Below are positions 1 to 9,355 of a DNA stretch of 43,803 nucleotides, piece after piece. Within the stretch, counting starts at the first letter, position 1. The number at the start of each line of letters is the position of its first letter. Below the pieces are notes generated by a model, which saw nothing but the letters and a program-made list of their open reading frames with translations, was not told where the DNA came from and made no database searches. Both the position numbers and the translations under genes were made by a program. Where the stretch lies: sequence record DRR378314_797. One strand, written 5' to 3'.

Positions 1-26
1 CTCTAACCAGCTGAGCTACAACCACC
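1..26 (-). tRNA. 5' part of a tRNA, probably tRNA-His (truncated by window edge)
   Basis: Reverse complement reads GGTGGTTGTAGCTCAGCTGGTTAGAG: acceptor 5' strand, T8-A9 and D-arm GCTC-AGCTGGTTA-GAG. The extra G before position 1 fits the G-1 of tRNA-His. The anticodon is outside the window. Confidence 0.85.
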
Positions 27-41
27 ATTTGTAAGCGGTGG

Positions 42-72
42 CAAAGATAAATCTTTAGTGCTATCGTTCAAA
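42..72 (-). promoter_or_regulatory. Bacteroidota sigma70 promoter of the tRNA
   Basis: Minus strand has TTTG (72-69), a 19-nt spacer and TATCTTTG (49-42), an exact match to the -33/-7 consensus TTTG-N19-21-TAnnTTTG. Confidence 0.8.
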
Positions 73-149
73 ATAAATTTTAGATTATTTTACATCATTT
101 CATAAAATGCTCATATAGCGAATTATAACATAATTTTCCATCTTATTTA

Positions 150-182
150 TCGACCAAATACTCATAATACTGGACGAAACAC
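150..182 (+). promoter_or_regulatory. Imperfect direct repeat with 21-bp period, possible response-regulator (LytTR-type) site
   Basis: TCGACCAAATAC (150-161) and TGGACGAAACAC (171-182) match at 9/12 positions and lie upstream of the sensor kinase. Confidence 0.35.
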
Positions 183-263
183 ACAAAAAACCCCACTTTC
201 ACAACATAAATTAGCCTATTTTTTAAAGGAAAGATATTTTTATCAACAGATAAATTAGGATAA

Positions 264-2348
264 ATGTCTTTTAACACATTAAATATAAGTTCACGCAAGA
301 TTAAACTAAAATTAGCTGTGTTCTGGATTTTCCTTTTTTCTTGTGGAATCAACTCCGCCCAGGAACTTTCCGTTGGAGAATTGAGGCAAAAAATCGCCAC
401 TTTGCGAAGTACGAAGAAACAAGTTAATAAAGATACCACATACATCGGACTGTTGATGGATCTAGGCTCCAAGCTTAGATTTTTAAATCCAGACAGTCTT
501 TTATTGCTTTCCAGCGAAGCCCAGAAATTAAGTAGCAACATAGAATATAAAAAAGGTGTAAGTGAATCTTTATTCAACCTAGGAACCTATTATTCGGATA
601 TAGGTGAGCATTCCAAAGCAATAGACAGTTATGAAATGGCATTGGTAAATGCCAAAAAGGATAATAATCATGACTTATCCCTGAGAATTGGTAATGAATT
701 GGCTAATGAAAACGTCTATAACGGCAATTATTCAACGGCCTTATTAGGGTATTTGGAAAATATTAAACTGGCCCAAGCATATGGCAACAGAAAAATGGAG
801 TCCATCCTATATGAAAATGTGGCCGACTTATACGCTACACAAAAAGATTATGATCAGGCACTATATTTTTACGAAAAAGTTGAAAAAATAAACTCCAAAA
901 TAGGCAATGATATAAACTCGGCCCAGACCATGAGCAATGTGGCTTCCATATATGCTGAAACAGAAGATTTCCAAAATGCCCTGTTTAAAATAAACCGCAG
1001 TATCAAAATTTTTGAACAAGGTGATGTATGGGACTGGCTTGCCTATGCTTATGAGGTTAAAGGCAAGGTATACCTAAAACAAAAGCAATTTACCAGAGCA
1101 TTATATTGGTATCATAAAAGTGCAGAATTGCATGAAAATCTTCAGGATGACCGCGGAATAATAGATCTGTACAATGGGATGGCAGAAGCCAATTTTGGAT
1201 TGGAAAAGGACAGTATTTCACAAAATTATGCGATGATGGCCTATGAAATATCCTCTACTATTAAATCTATGGAGGGTATTAAGAAATGCTCCAACACTCT
1301 TTACAAAGTCTATAAGAATCAAGAGAACTATGCTGCGGCTCTTAAATATCATGAAATTTTTAGGCAAATATCGGATACCTTGTCCAGGGATGAGAACAAG
1401 ATGAGTATGACGATGTTGAAAACAGAAATCAGCCATAAAAATCAGCAGGAAGCACTGGTACTAAAAAATGAAAAAGCCCTGGCAAAACAGCGCCTCTATA
1501 TCTATATTGCCATACTATTTGTTATCATTATGGGCGCCATAGCATTTTTAGTTGTTAGGGGACAGAAAATCTTAAAAAAATTGAACAGGGAACTCGAAGT
1601 TCAAAAGGAGGATCTAGAACTTAGAGAGTCGGAGCTATGGGAGACCAATAACACCAAAAACAAACTTTTTTCTATTATTGCACATGATCTTCGCGGGCCT
1701 ATTGGGGCTTTGGAGGGACTATTAAAATTACTGAACAGCGGTGATATAAAGGAATCGGAATTCAAAGAATTTATTCCCAAATTAAAGAACGACGTAAATA
1801 GTATTTCCTTTACCTTGAACAACCTTCTTACTTGGGGTCAATCGCAAATGAGGGAAGCCACTACCGACCCTACCAATGTAGATCTAAACGCTCTGGTAGA
1901 GAACAATATTAATTTACTAAGTGAATTGGCATTTACCAAAATGATTACCATGGACAATTTAATAGTCAATAAGGCTATAATTTGGTCCGATGAAAATCAA
2001 ATGGATATTGTAATTAGAAATCTTTTGAGCAATGCCCTAAAGTTTACCCCAAACAACGGACATATTACCATTGGCTATGTAGATAGGCCGGATTATCTGG
2101 AAGTATTTGTAAAGGACAATGGGATTGGTATGGACGAGTACGTTCAGGAACAAATATTATCAAAAAATACCAACATTACCACCTATGGTACTAATAATGA
2201 AAAGGGAACAGGACTGGGTCTATCTCTTTGCAGTGAAATGGTCATAAAAAATGGCGGAACCCTATGGGTCAAGAGTGAAATAAATGAAGGATCTACCTTC
2301 TATTTCACCGTTCCCAAGGGAAAAAAACAGTTCCAAAAATCGGCCTAA
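264..2348 (+). CDS. TPR-repeat sensor histidine kinase
   Basis: Signal peptide (INSA|Q), TPR-like helical repeats, one TM helix (LYIYIAILFVIIMGAIAFLVV), H-box IIAHDLRGP, N-box RNLLSNALKF, G1 DNGIGM and G2 GTGLGL. The start codon is uncertain. Confidence 0.9.
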   Translation: MSFNTLNISSRKIKLKLAVFWIFLFSCGINSAQELSVGELRQKIATLRSTKKQVNKDTTYIGLLMDLGSKLRFLNPDSLLLLSSEAQKLSSNIEYKKGVSESLFNLGTYYSDIGEHSKAIDSYEMALVNAKKDNNHDLSLRIGNELANENVYNGNYSTALLGYLENIKLAQAYGNRKMESILYENVADLYATQKDYDQALYFYEKVEKINSKIGNDINSAQTMSNVASIYAETEDFQNALFKINRSIKIFEQGDVWDWLAYAYEVKGKVYLKQKQFTRALYWYHKSAELHENLQDDRGIIDLYNGMAEANFGLEKDSISQNYAMMAYEISSTIKSMEGIKKCSNTLYKVYKNQENYAAALKYHEIFRQISDTLSRDENKMSMTMLKTEISHKNQQEALVLKNEKALAKQRLYIYIAILFVIIMGAIAFLVVRGQKILKKLNRELEVQKEDLELRESELWETNNTKNKLFSIIAHDLRGPIGALEGLLKLLNSGDIKESEFKEFIPKLKNDVNSISFTLNNLLTWGQSQMREATTDPTNVDLNALVENNINLLSELAFTKMITMDNLIVNKAIIWSDENQMDIVIRNLLSNALKFTPNNGHITIGYVDRPDYLEVFVKDNGIGMDEYVQEQILSKNTNITTYGTNNEKGTGLGLSLCSEMVIKNGGTLWVKSEINEGSTFYFTVPKGKKQFQKSA

Positions 2349-3067
2349 ATTAGGCTATCAAGGCTCTTAACAGCAACGAATCTTTCGGTAGTAAAACCTT
2401 CCCCATAGGCTATGCCTACCATCCTACCAAGGTCCCTGGACCTATAAACAACACTATCTATAAAGTTTTTGCTACTTATGGGTGTTTCCGGCTCCTTACT
2501 TTTGGGGTCGTAAAACTGGGAACTATATGCCATTATGGCTTTAACCTTTACATCTATAAACTCTGATACATCCACCACAAAATCCGGTTCAAGGTTTTTC
2601 CATTGAATGTAATGATGCACCAATTTTGGTCTCCAGGCTTCTTGCCACTGCTCGTCCCCATCTATCTTAGTATCTATTTTTACAAGTCCACTTAGAAAGC
2701 AGGCATCACTTACCAGTTTGCTGCCCTTGGCATGATCAATATGCCGATCTTCAACGGCATTGCACAATACCGTTTCCGGTTTATATTTCCTGATCATTTT
2801 TATTACTTCCAACTGATGCTTCTTGTCATTTGTAAAAAAACCATCTGCAAATTCTAGATTCTCACGGACAGCTACCCCTAAAATATCAGCAGCAGCTGCA
2901 GCTTCCTTATCCCTTATTTCGGCCGAGCCACGGGTGCCTAATTCCCCACGGGTCAAATCCACGATACCTACTTTTTTGCCATTGGCCACTTCTTTTGCTA
3001 TTGTTGCCCCTGCCCCCAATTCGGCATCATCAGGATGCGCACCAAATACTAATATGTCTAATTTCAT
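2345..3067 (-). CDS. bshB1: Bacillithiol biosynthesis deacetylase BshB1 (PIG-L/LmbE family)
   Basis: MKLDILVFGAHPDDAELG, LTRGELGTRG and DRHIDH Zn-binding motifs; 240 aa. Confidence 0.88.
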   Translation of the reverse strand: MKLDILVFGAHPDDAELGAGATIAKEVANGKKVGIVDLTRGELGTRGSAEIRDKEAAAAADILGVAVRENLEFADGFFTNDKKHQLEVIKMIRKYKPETVLCNAVEDRHIDHAKGSKLVSDACFLSGLVKIDTKIDGDEQWQEAWRPKLVHHYIQWKNLEPDFVVDVSEFIDVKVKAIMAYSSQFYDPKSKEPETPISSKNFIDSVVYRSRDLGRMVGIAYGEGFTTERFVAVKSLDSLI

Positions 3068-3172
3068 TTAATCTATGTCTACTTTGTTCTTGAAAGCTTT
3101 CAAATAATCTTTCTAAATCTTCAAATTTATTACTAGTATACTATATATCCGATAATTTGGGCGAACGTGAAT

Positions 3173-4345
3173 CTAAACCGCCATTTCCTTTTCCTTTCTC
3201 ACCTTTTCCAAGGCTTGTTCAATATCTGCAATTAAATCCTCGGTTTCTTCTATTCCAACAGAAAAGCGTATTAAACCATCAGCAATACCTTGCCTCTTTC
3301 GCTCGCCGGGACTCAAAAGGGAATGTGACGTTAAGGTTGGAGAAAGCACGGTACTTTCCACCCCCGCCAAACTCATAGCAGGTTTTATCAATTTTAAGGA
3401 CTTTTGAAATTTGGAAGCATTGAAATCAGCATTTAATTCAAATGACAACATGCCTCCGAAGCCCTTCATCTGCTTTTTTGCGATGTCGTGGCCCGGATGT
3501 GAAGGCAGGCCAGGATAATATACGGCAGATATGTCTTTGTGGGCATATAGGTATTCCGCCATATGTTGGGCATTTACATTTTGGGCCCTAACCCTAATTC
3601 CCATGGTTTTAATACTCCTTTCCAATAACCAAACAGTGTAATCGCTAAGACTACCGCCAAAATTTTTAGCCAGTTGAAAAATTCGCTTAACATTAACTTC
3701 GGTAGAAGCTACGGCACCCGCACAAATATCGGAATGTCCGCCCATATATTTTGTAGCGCTATGTATTACCACGTCTATTCCAAAATCGATAGGATTTTGA
3801 TTAACCGGGCTTGCAAAAGTATTGTCTATCATGGACACAAGACCATGTTTTTTAGAAATATCGGCAACTGCCTTTAAGTCGGTTATGTCCAACAATGGAT
3901 TTGATGGAGTCTCAATATAGACAACTTTGGTATTTTTTTGAATTTTGGCTTCAAAATCCTCAGCTCCAAAACCATCCGTAAAGGAGTAGGATATGCCATA
4001 CTTTTCAAATTCTTCCACCACTAGATTATAGGTGCCGCCATAAATAATCTTTTGTATCACTATATGGTCGCCAGCCTTTAAAAATGCCAAGAGGGAGGTG
4101 CTGATGGCGGCCATACCGCTTCCAAAAATCAACGCTGCCTCGGCATGTTCCAAGGCTGCTATCTTTTTGGCCAGGGCCACTTGGTTGGGAGTGTTAAAAT
4201 ATCGTGGGTAACGCTTAACATCGATGTCTTCAAAGGCATAGGCTGTTCCCATATACAATGGCGAAATGGCCCCTTTGAATTCCTTGTCCTCTAACTGCCC
4301 AACATGGGTACAAATGGTATTAAGGCCTTTATTTTGCTGTTTCAT
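3173..4345 (-). CDS. Cys/Met metabolism PLP-dependent enzyme (cystathionine lyase/synthase family)
   Basis: SGMAAIS, YGGT, ETPSNP, DNTFASP, HSATKYMGGHSD (PLP lysine), SLAGVES and RFSVGIE motifs. Confidence 0.92.
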   Translation of the reverse strand: MKQQNKGLNTICTHVGQLEDKEFKGAISPLYMGTAYAFEDIDVKRYPRYFNTPNQVALAKKIAALEHAEAALIFGSGMAAISTSLLAFLKAGDHIVIQKIIYGGTYNLVVEEFEKYGISYSFTDGFGAEDFEAKIQKNTKVVYIETPSNPLLDITDLKAVADISKKHGLVSMIDNTFASPVNQNPIDFGIDVVIHSATKYMGGHSDICAGAVASTEVNVKRIFQLAKNFGGSLSDYTVWLLERSIKTMGIRVRAQNVNAQHMAEYLYAHKDISAVYYPGLPSHPGHDIAKKQMKGFGGMLSFELNADFNASKFQKSLKLIKPAMSLAGVESTVLSPTLTSHSLLSPGERKRQGIADGLIRFSVGIEETEDLIADIEQALEKVRKEKEMAV

Positions 4346-4387
4346 TCTCTCTGTTTAAATTGATTAAGATAATGGTGCATAAAGTTA

Positions 4388-4395
4388 CAAAAATA
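4388..4395 (-). promoter_or_regulatory. Possible -7 promoter element for the PLP enzyme gene
   Basis: TATTTTTG on the minus strand about 43 nt upstream of the ATG; no clear -33 element identified. Confidence 0.35.
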
Positions 4396-4397
4396 GC

Positions 4398-5807
4398 TTA
4401 TACCTTAATTTCTTTCCATTTACCCTTTTTAAAGAGTACGTAGCTTAATACGGTAAGCAAAATCTCAGCTATTGAAATGGCCAAAAATACCCCAACCGCT
4501 CCAAACTTAAATGTAATAGCCATAACATATGCAAAGGGAAGCTGTAATACCCAAAAAATTAAAAAGTTAATTTTAGTAGGGGTCCTTGTATCTCCCGCTC
4601 CGTTAAATGCCTGGGTCAAAACCATTCCGTACGCATAGAATACATAACCTGCCGCAATAATCTGTAAGCATAAAGTGCCATATTCAACAACTTGCGGAGT
4701 GGTATTAAAGAGCATAATAATTTTTTCTGCAAAGCATAAATATATTATTGAAATTGAAAACATAAATATGGCATTATACTTGCCTGTTTTCCAAACAGAT
4801 GCTTCTGCCCTATCCGGTTTGTTGGCACCCAAATTTTGGCCTACTAAAGTAGCTGCCGCATTGCTCATTCCCCAAGAAGGCATTAATGAAAACATTATTA
4901 CCCTTATGGCAATGGTATAACCGGCCAGGACTTCACTCCCAAATTCGGACATAATCCTCATTAAAAATATCCAACTGGACGTACCGATCAAGAACTGTGC
5001 AATGCCACCAGCAGAAACTTTAATGATGTTCTTCATCACCTTAAATCGGATTACGATATCGGAAATACCAATTTTGATCTTGCTCCATCCATAGTACAAA
5101 ATTATCAGTTGAAACAAGACTGCAGTTCCCCTTCCAATGTTGGTTGCTATTGCAGCGCCCATAACCCCATATTCGGGTATAGGCCCCCAACCAAAAATAA
5201 AGATTGGATCAAGAATAATATTGAGACCGTTAGACAGAACCAATATCCACATCGCCACCGAGGCATCCCCCGCTCCTCTGAAAATTGCATTTATTAGGAA
5301 AAGTAGTAAAATAGTGATATTTCCTCCTATCATGAGCCGGGTGTATCCATGGCCCTCTTGAATAAGTTCAGTACTTCCCCCCATTAAACCAAGAATTTCC
5401 TTGGAGTAAATAGCCCCAATTATTCCAGTGATAATGGCCACAGTTATTCCCAAAAGGATTACCTGTACTGCCGATTCCCTCGCTCCCTGTAAATTTTTTT
5501 CGCCAACCCTCCTGGCTACAACTGCCGTTGCGGCCATACTTAAGCCAATGGCTATTGCATAAATCAATGTAATCACCGATTCTGTGAGTCCTATTGTGGC
5601 CACCGCATTGACACTAACCCTGGATACAAATGCAATATCCACCAAGGCAAAAATAGATTCCATCAGCATTTCCAATACCATAGGAATGGAAAGCATAAAT
5701 ATGGCCTTTCTGATGCTCCCAGTGGTAAAATCAGAGTCCTTGCCCGTTAAGGCAATAATAAAATACTTATATAATCTAGCTGGAGTAAGTTTGTTTGTAT
5801 CCGGCAT
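4398..5807 (-). CDS. MATE family efflux transporter
   Basis: About 12 TM helices with an internal duplication; VDIAFVSR, FRGAGD, NIILDPIFIFG, VGQNLGA and FNGAGDT motifs. Confidence 0.93.
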   Translation of the reverse strand: MPDTNKLTPARLYKYFIIALTGKDSDFTTGSIRKAIFMLSIPMVLEMLMESIFALVDIAFVSRVSVNAVATIGLTESVITLIYAIAIGLSMAATAVVARRVGEKNLQGARESAVQVILLGITVAIITGIIGAIYSKEILGLMGGSTELIQEGHGYTRLMIGGNITILLLFLINAIFRGAGDASVAMWILVLSNGLNIILDPIFIFGWGPIPEYGVMGAAIATNIGRGTAVLFQLIILYYGWSKIKIGISDIVIRFKVMKNIIKVSAGGIAQFLIGTSSWIFLMRIMSEFGSEVLAGYTIAIRVIMFSLMPSWGMSNAAATLVGQNLGANKPDRAEASVWKTGKYNAIFMFSISIIYLCFAEKIIMLFNTTPQVVEYGTLCLQIIAAGYVFYAYGMVLTQAFNGAGDTRTPTKINFLIFWVLQLPFAYVMAITFKFGAVGVFLAISIAEILLTVLSYVLFKKGKWKEIKV

Positions 5808-5828
5808 GTGTAATGAATTATGTTATAC

Positions 5829-5895
5829 GAAGAAAATAAACACCATCAATAGTTAAGAATTCAAAACATGAATTCTTAACCTTCCTACTATGATG
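5829..5895 (-). promoter_or_regulatory. Terminator/attenuator-like hairpin in the MATE leader
   Basis: Perfect 12-bp inverted repeat GTTAAGAATTCA (5852-5863) / TGAATTCTTAAC (5869-5880). It extends via 5844-5851 / 5889-5895 and is followed on the minus strand by TTTATTTTCTT. Confidence 0.6.
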
Positions 5896-5909
5896 TCTAC
5901 AAAAAACAT
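5853..5909 (-). CDS. Putative leader peptide MFFVDIIVGRLRIHVLNS (18 aa)
   Basis: ATG-to-TAA uORF that overlaps the hairpin and ends 45 nt before the MATE start; contains RLR. Confidence 0.5.
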   Translation of the reverse strand: MFFVDIIVGRLRIHVLNS

Positions 5910-5964
5910 AATTCCTTTACTTCATAATAGTACAAAATTGCATAAATTTTGCACCATATCAAAA

Positions 5965-8900
5965 TTACTTGGCGTAGTATTTTTTATTGCGCCAGTAACT
6001 TACAGCTCCCAACAACATAACCCCAAAAACGGTGTAATAAATAAAAGTGGGGGTAATAACCTGTGCCCCACTGGCGTAGCTGTGCAATCCTACGAGATAG
6101 AAATTTACCCCAAAATAGGTCATCATAATACTTCCAAAAGCAACTACACTTAGAAAATTGAACATCCATTTACCACGTAAACCAGGGATCAACCTTGTAT
6201 GAACTACAAATGCATAGATCATAATGGAGATCAGAGCCCATGTTTCCTTGGGATCCCATCCCCAATATCGACCCCAACTTTCATTGGCCCATTGCCCTCC
6301 CAAGAAATTACCTATAGTCAACATAACTAGGCCTACCGTTAGGGAAAGTTCATTGATAATGGTAAGTTCCTTTATGTTAAGATCCATTTTTTCTTTGTTC
6401 TTGTTGTTGGTCATTATGATAAGCAGAAGGCTCACCACCCCAAGGATCATACCCACGGTGAGGGGACCATAGCTACCAACAATTACCGCAACATGTATCA
6501 TTAACCAATAACTATCCAACACTGGGACTAGATTGGCTATGGAGGGATCTACCCAACTCTGGTGGGCAATCCACAATAACATAGCGGTCACAAAAGTAGC
6601 CGCAGCGACCGTCATATCACTCTTTTTACTGAACAGAAGCCCCATACCCAAAGTTGCCCAGGAAACATATAGGATACTCTCATAGGCATCGCTCCAAGGT
6701 GCATGCCCGGAAATATACCATCGCATAATTAGTCCAAGCGTGTGCAGGATGAAAAACAAATAAATTAAGACTTTAATACTGGCTATGCTGAACCGAAGCG
6801 CCTTTCTGTCCTTTATAATCTGGAATACCAAGAGAACAAACATTAACAGACCAACCAGGGCATAATACTTATAAAGCTTATTATATATATCTGCTTTATT
6901 GTAAAATATTTCTGCTTTAATCTTATTTTCCGAAGGCAATACTTCACTTCCGTGATTTTCCTGGTTCTTTTTGAACGCGGCCAACAATTTATCGGCTTCA
7001 GAATAGTCGCCATTCCTAACGGCCTTTTCCAGGCTCATTAAATAAAAGGGAACGGCATTTTTTATGAAATTGGCATAAAGGGAATCCGATACTTGGAACT
7101 GCCCTGCCCTGTACTCCACCGCAGAGATCCATTTGTTGTTCTCGTCATTCAGCAAAGGGAATATCTTTACAATTTTTCCTCCCAATGCCTGATCTAAAAG
7201 TACCAAACGTTCATCCAAAGCTTTAAAATCTTTCTGAAATTGGTTAGGTGTATTGGTAGCGTAGGCCTCCTGTAGATAAGGTGTCAACTTATACTCCCCC
7301 TTTTCGTTGAAAAAATCCGTAGCCTTGATGTACTTTCTACCGTGTTCTACCCCTAAAATCTTCCTAATGCTATCATTATCCCCTTTCTTGTCCAAGGCTA
7401 TAAATTCTGCATTGTACCAGGCTGCCGGATTCAACATCATGGATAGAAATACTTGATCGGAATTAAAATCCGTATACTTATCCTTGAGACTAAGCTTTCT
7501 CAACAGTTCGGAGGAAAAAGTATTTATTGGTTTCATACGCCCTCCGGCATCCTGAACGACCAATTCTGAAAACTTGGCTGCATGTTCTTTGGAAGGTGTT
7601 ATTACATGCAAAAGTGAATCTATCTGCTGGGGTGTTGGCATATTGTTATGTGCATGCCCATCTTCTTCCACATTTTCCTGTGCCAACATATTTAGACTGC
7701 TGCCCAGAATAAATAGAACTGCCAGTTTGGACCTTTTATTTTTTAATTTTTCCAAAGAAGCACCCAAGCTTTTAAACCTTGTCTTACCAAAAAACATAAT
7801 ACCCATAAGTCCGGCATACAGTAAAAAATATCCAATATAAGTTATCCAAGTACCCCAAAAGTCGTGGTTTACAGACAATACGGTGCCCTTTTCATCAGGG
7901 TGAAAACTAGCTTGAAAAAAACGATACCCCTTGTGGTCCAATATATGGTTCATATATATGTCATAATCAAAAGGACGTTCGTCCTCAATGGTAACCTTGC
8001 TCATAAACGAAGCATAGCTCTTCTCAGTTCCCGGATGCTTTTCGGCAATAAAATCGTTTAATTTAATTCCAAAAGGTAAGGTGTACACTTTAGATCCATA
8101 GGACATATTAAAGGATAATCCTCCTAGCTCAAATTCCCCGGAAAAATTGGCCATGCCCTTTGCTCCCAATAATTTTTTGCGTACTGTTTCGCCATTGCTG
8201 CTAATATCCACGATCAAGGCATCAAGGTCATTCTCAGTTTTTTCATTCTCAGGAATGGCAATAACTCCATAAGACCCCTTGATAACAGGCTCAGGAATTA
8301 CGAATTGCATGCCCGCAGTGGTGTACAGGGATCTTAATTGCAGCGTTTGTAGACTATCTTTCAGTAATTCTCCCTGCAACTGATCGGCCATTCTCATAAA
8401 TTGCCCTTCAAAGGGCGATTTTATTTGATAATTACCATCAGACTCAATAATATTGATAGCTCCTTCGGTCATCTTGTTCAAGGAAAACAGCACATTATGG
8501 ATGCTGCTAACTTCCCCACTTTCCAAATAATGCTCATGACGTTGTCCATCACCTGCCTCTACAATCTTTAAATATTCCTTTCCATTGGAATCTTCGACCA
8601 AACCTTCTTTTGCCCCATCAATAAAGCCCACGTAGGAAATGGTAAAAGGTTGACCGTTAAAATCGGAATTCCAGGGTAAATTGGATTTGATAGCTTCAGA
8701 GGTAACCAATATATCGTCCTCCAATATCTTCCGTTTGGGCTCGTTGTCTATTTCCCCATCCACATAAACTGTGAGGTAGGTTTTGTCCGAATAAAAAACA
8801 TTCTCCGTATTACCTTCCCTGATTGGCATCATACCTTCGAAGCTTATGTAACGGGTAACAAATGCCCCAAGAATAATTAAAATCCAAGAGAGGTGTAAAA

Positions 8901-9141
8901 TAAGTACTGCCCATTTTTCCTTTCTTAACAGATTATAACGAGCAATATTCCCAACAAAATTGATGACAAAAAATACCATGATGGCCTCGAACCATGTGGT
9001 GTTATATATCCAAATTCTCGCGGTTTCCGTACTGTACCAGCTTTCAATAAATGTCCCAAAGGCCATGGCAGTAGCAAAAACAATAAATAAAACGGCCGTT
9101 AAACGTGTGGAAAAGAAGATTTTTTTAAGGAGTTCAATCAT
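5965..9141 (-). CDS. ccsA: Cytochrome c biogenesis system II fused CcsBA (ResB-ResC)
   Basis: N-terminal ResB-like TMs (GTFIES, ILHLSW), a large periplasmic region, and C-terminal WWD domain WANESWGRYWGWDPKETW with conserved His residues (GHAPW, IHV, GLHSYA). Confidence 0.92.
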   Translation of the reverse strand: MIELLKKIFFSTRLTAVLFIVFATAMAFGTFIESWYSTETARIWIYNTTWFEAIMVFFVINFVGNIARYNLLRKEKWAVLILHLSWILIILGAFVTRYISFEGMMPIREGNTENVFYSDKTYLTVYVDGEIDNEPKRKILEDDILVTSEAIKSNLPWNSDFNGQPFTISYVGFIDGAKEGLVEDSNGKEYLKIVEAGDGQRHEHYLESGEVSSIHNVLFSLNKMTEGAINIIESDGNYQIKSPFEGQFMRMADQLQGELLKDSLQTLQLRSLYTTAGMQFVIPEPVIKGSYGVIAIPENEKTENDLDALIVDISSNGETVRKKLLGAKGMANFSGEFELGGLSFNMSYGSKVYTLPFGIKLNDFIAEKHPGTEKSYASFMSKVTIEDERPFDYDIYMNHILDHKGYRFFQASFHPDEKGTVLSVNHDFWGTWITYIGYFLLYAGLMGIMFFGKTRFKSLGASLEKLKNKRSKLAVLFILGSSLNMLAQENVEEDGHAHNNMPTPQQIDSLLHVITPSKEHAAKFSELVVQDAGGRMKPINTFSSELLRKLSLKDKYTDFNSDQVFLSMMLNPAAWYNAEFIALDKKGDNDSIRKILGVEHGRKYIKATDFFNEKGEYKLTPYLQEAYATNTPNQFQKDFKALDERLVLLDQALGGKIVKIFPLLNDENNKWISAVEYRAGQFQVSDSLYANFIKNAVPFYLMSLEKAVRNGDYSEADKLLAAFKKNQENHGSEVLPSENKIKAEIFYNKADIYNKLYKYYALVGLLMFVLLVFQIIKDRKALRFSIASIKVLIYLFFILHTLGLIMRWYISGHAPWSDAYESILYVSWATLGMGLLFSKKSDMTVAAATFVTAMLLWIAHQSWVDPSIANLVPVLDSYWLMIHVAVIVGSYGPLTVGMILGVVSLLLIIMTNNKNKEKMDLNIKELTIINELSLTVGLVMLTIGNFLGGQWANESWGRYWGWDPKETWALISIMIYAFVVHTRLIPGLRGKWMFNFLSVVAFGSIMMTYFGVNFYLVGLHSYASGAQVITPTFIYYTVFGVMLLGAVSYWRNKKYYAK

Positions 9142-9355
9142 TTTGGCAAGAAAGGTTTGATTTAAGCATGCAAAAATACATTTTTATAAGGGTTTAATTA
9201 TTAAATCTTTTGTTAATTGAATAAACCCCGTTAATAAAATTTTTGAGATTTCAAACTACTAAACTCCCTTTTTTAAACATCTAACTTGGGAACAGATTAT
9301 TAAAAAACTTATCGGGCAGCATCCCATAATTTTGATTTAATAATTACTTTTGACT

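Noticed and set aside
143-577. 144-aa minus-strand ORF
   Set aside because: Mostly antisense to the kinase gene with no recognisable motif; a shadow ORF.
4346-4397. SAM riboswitch or T-box upstream of the Cys/Met enzyme
   Set aside because: The gap is only about 50 nt, AT-rich, and has no aptamer-like sequence.
5890-6153. 87-aa plus-strand ORF across the MATE leader and the ccsBA 3' end
   Set aside because: Antisense to ccsBA with no motif; the region is better explained by the minus-strand leader.
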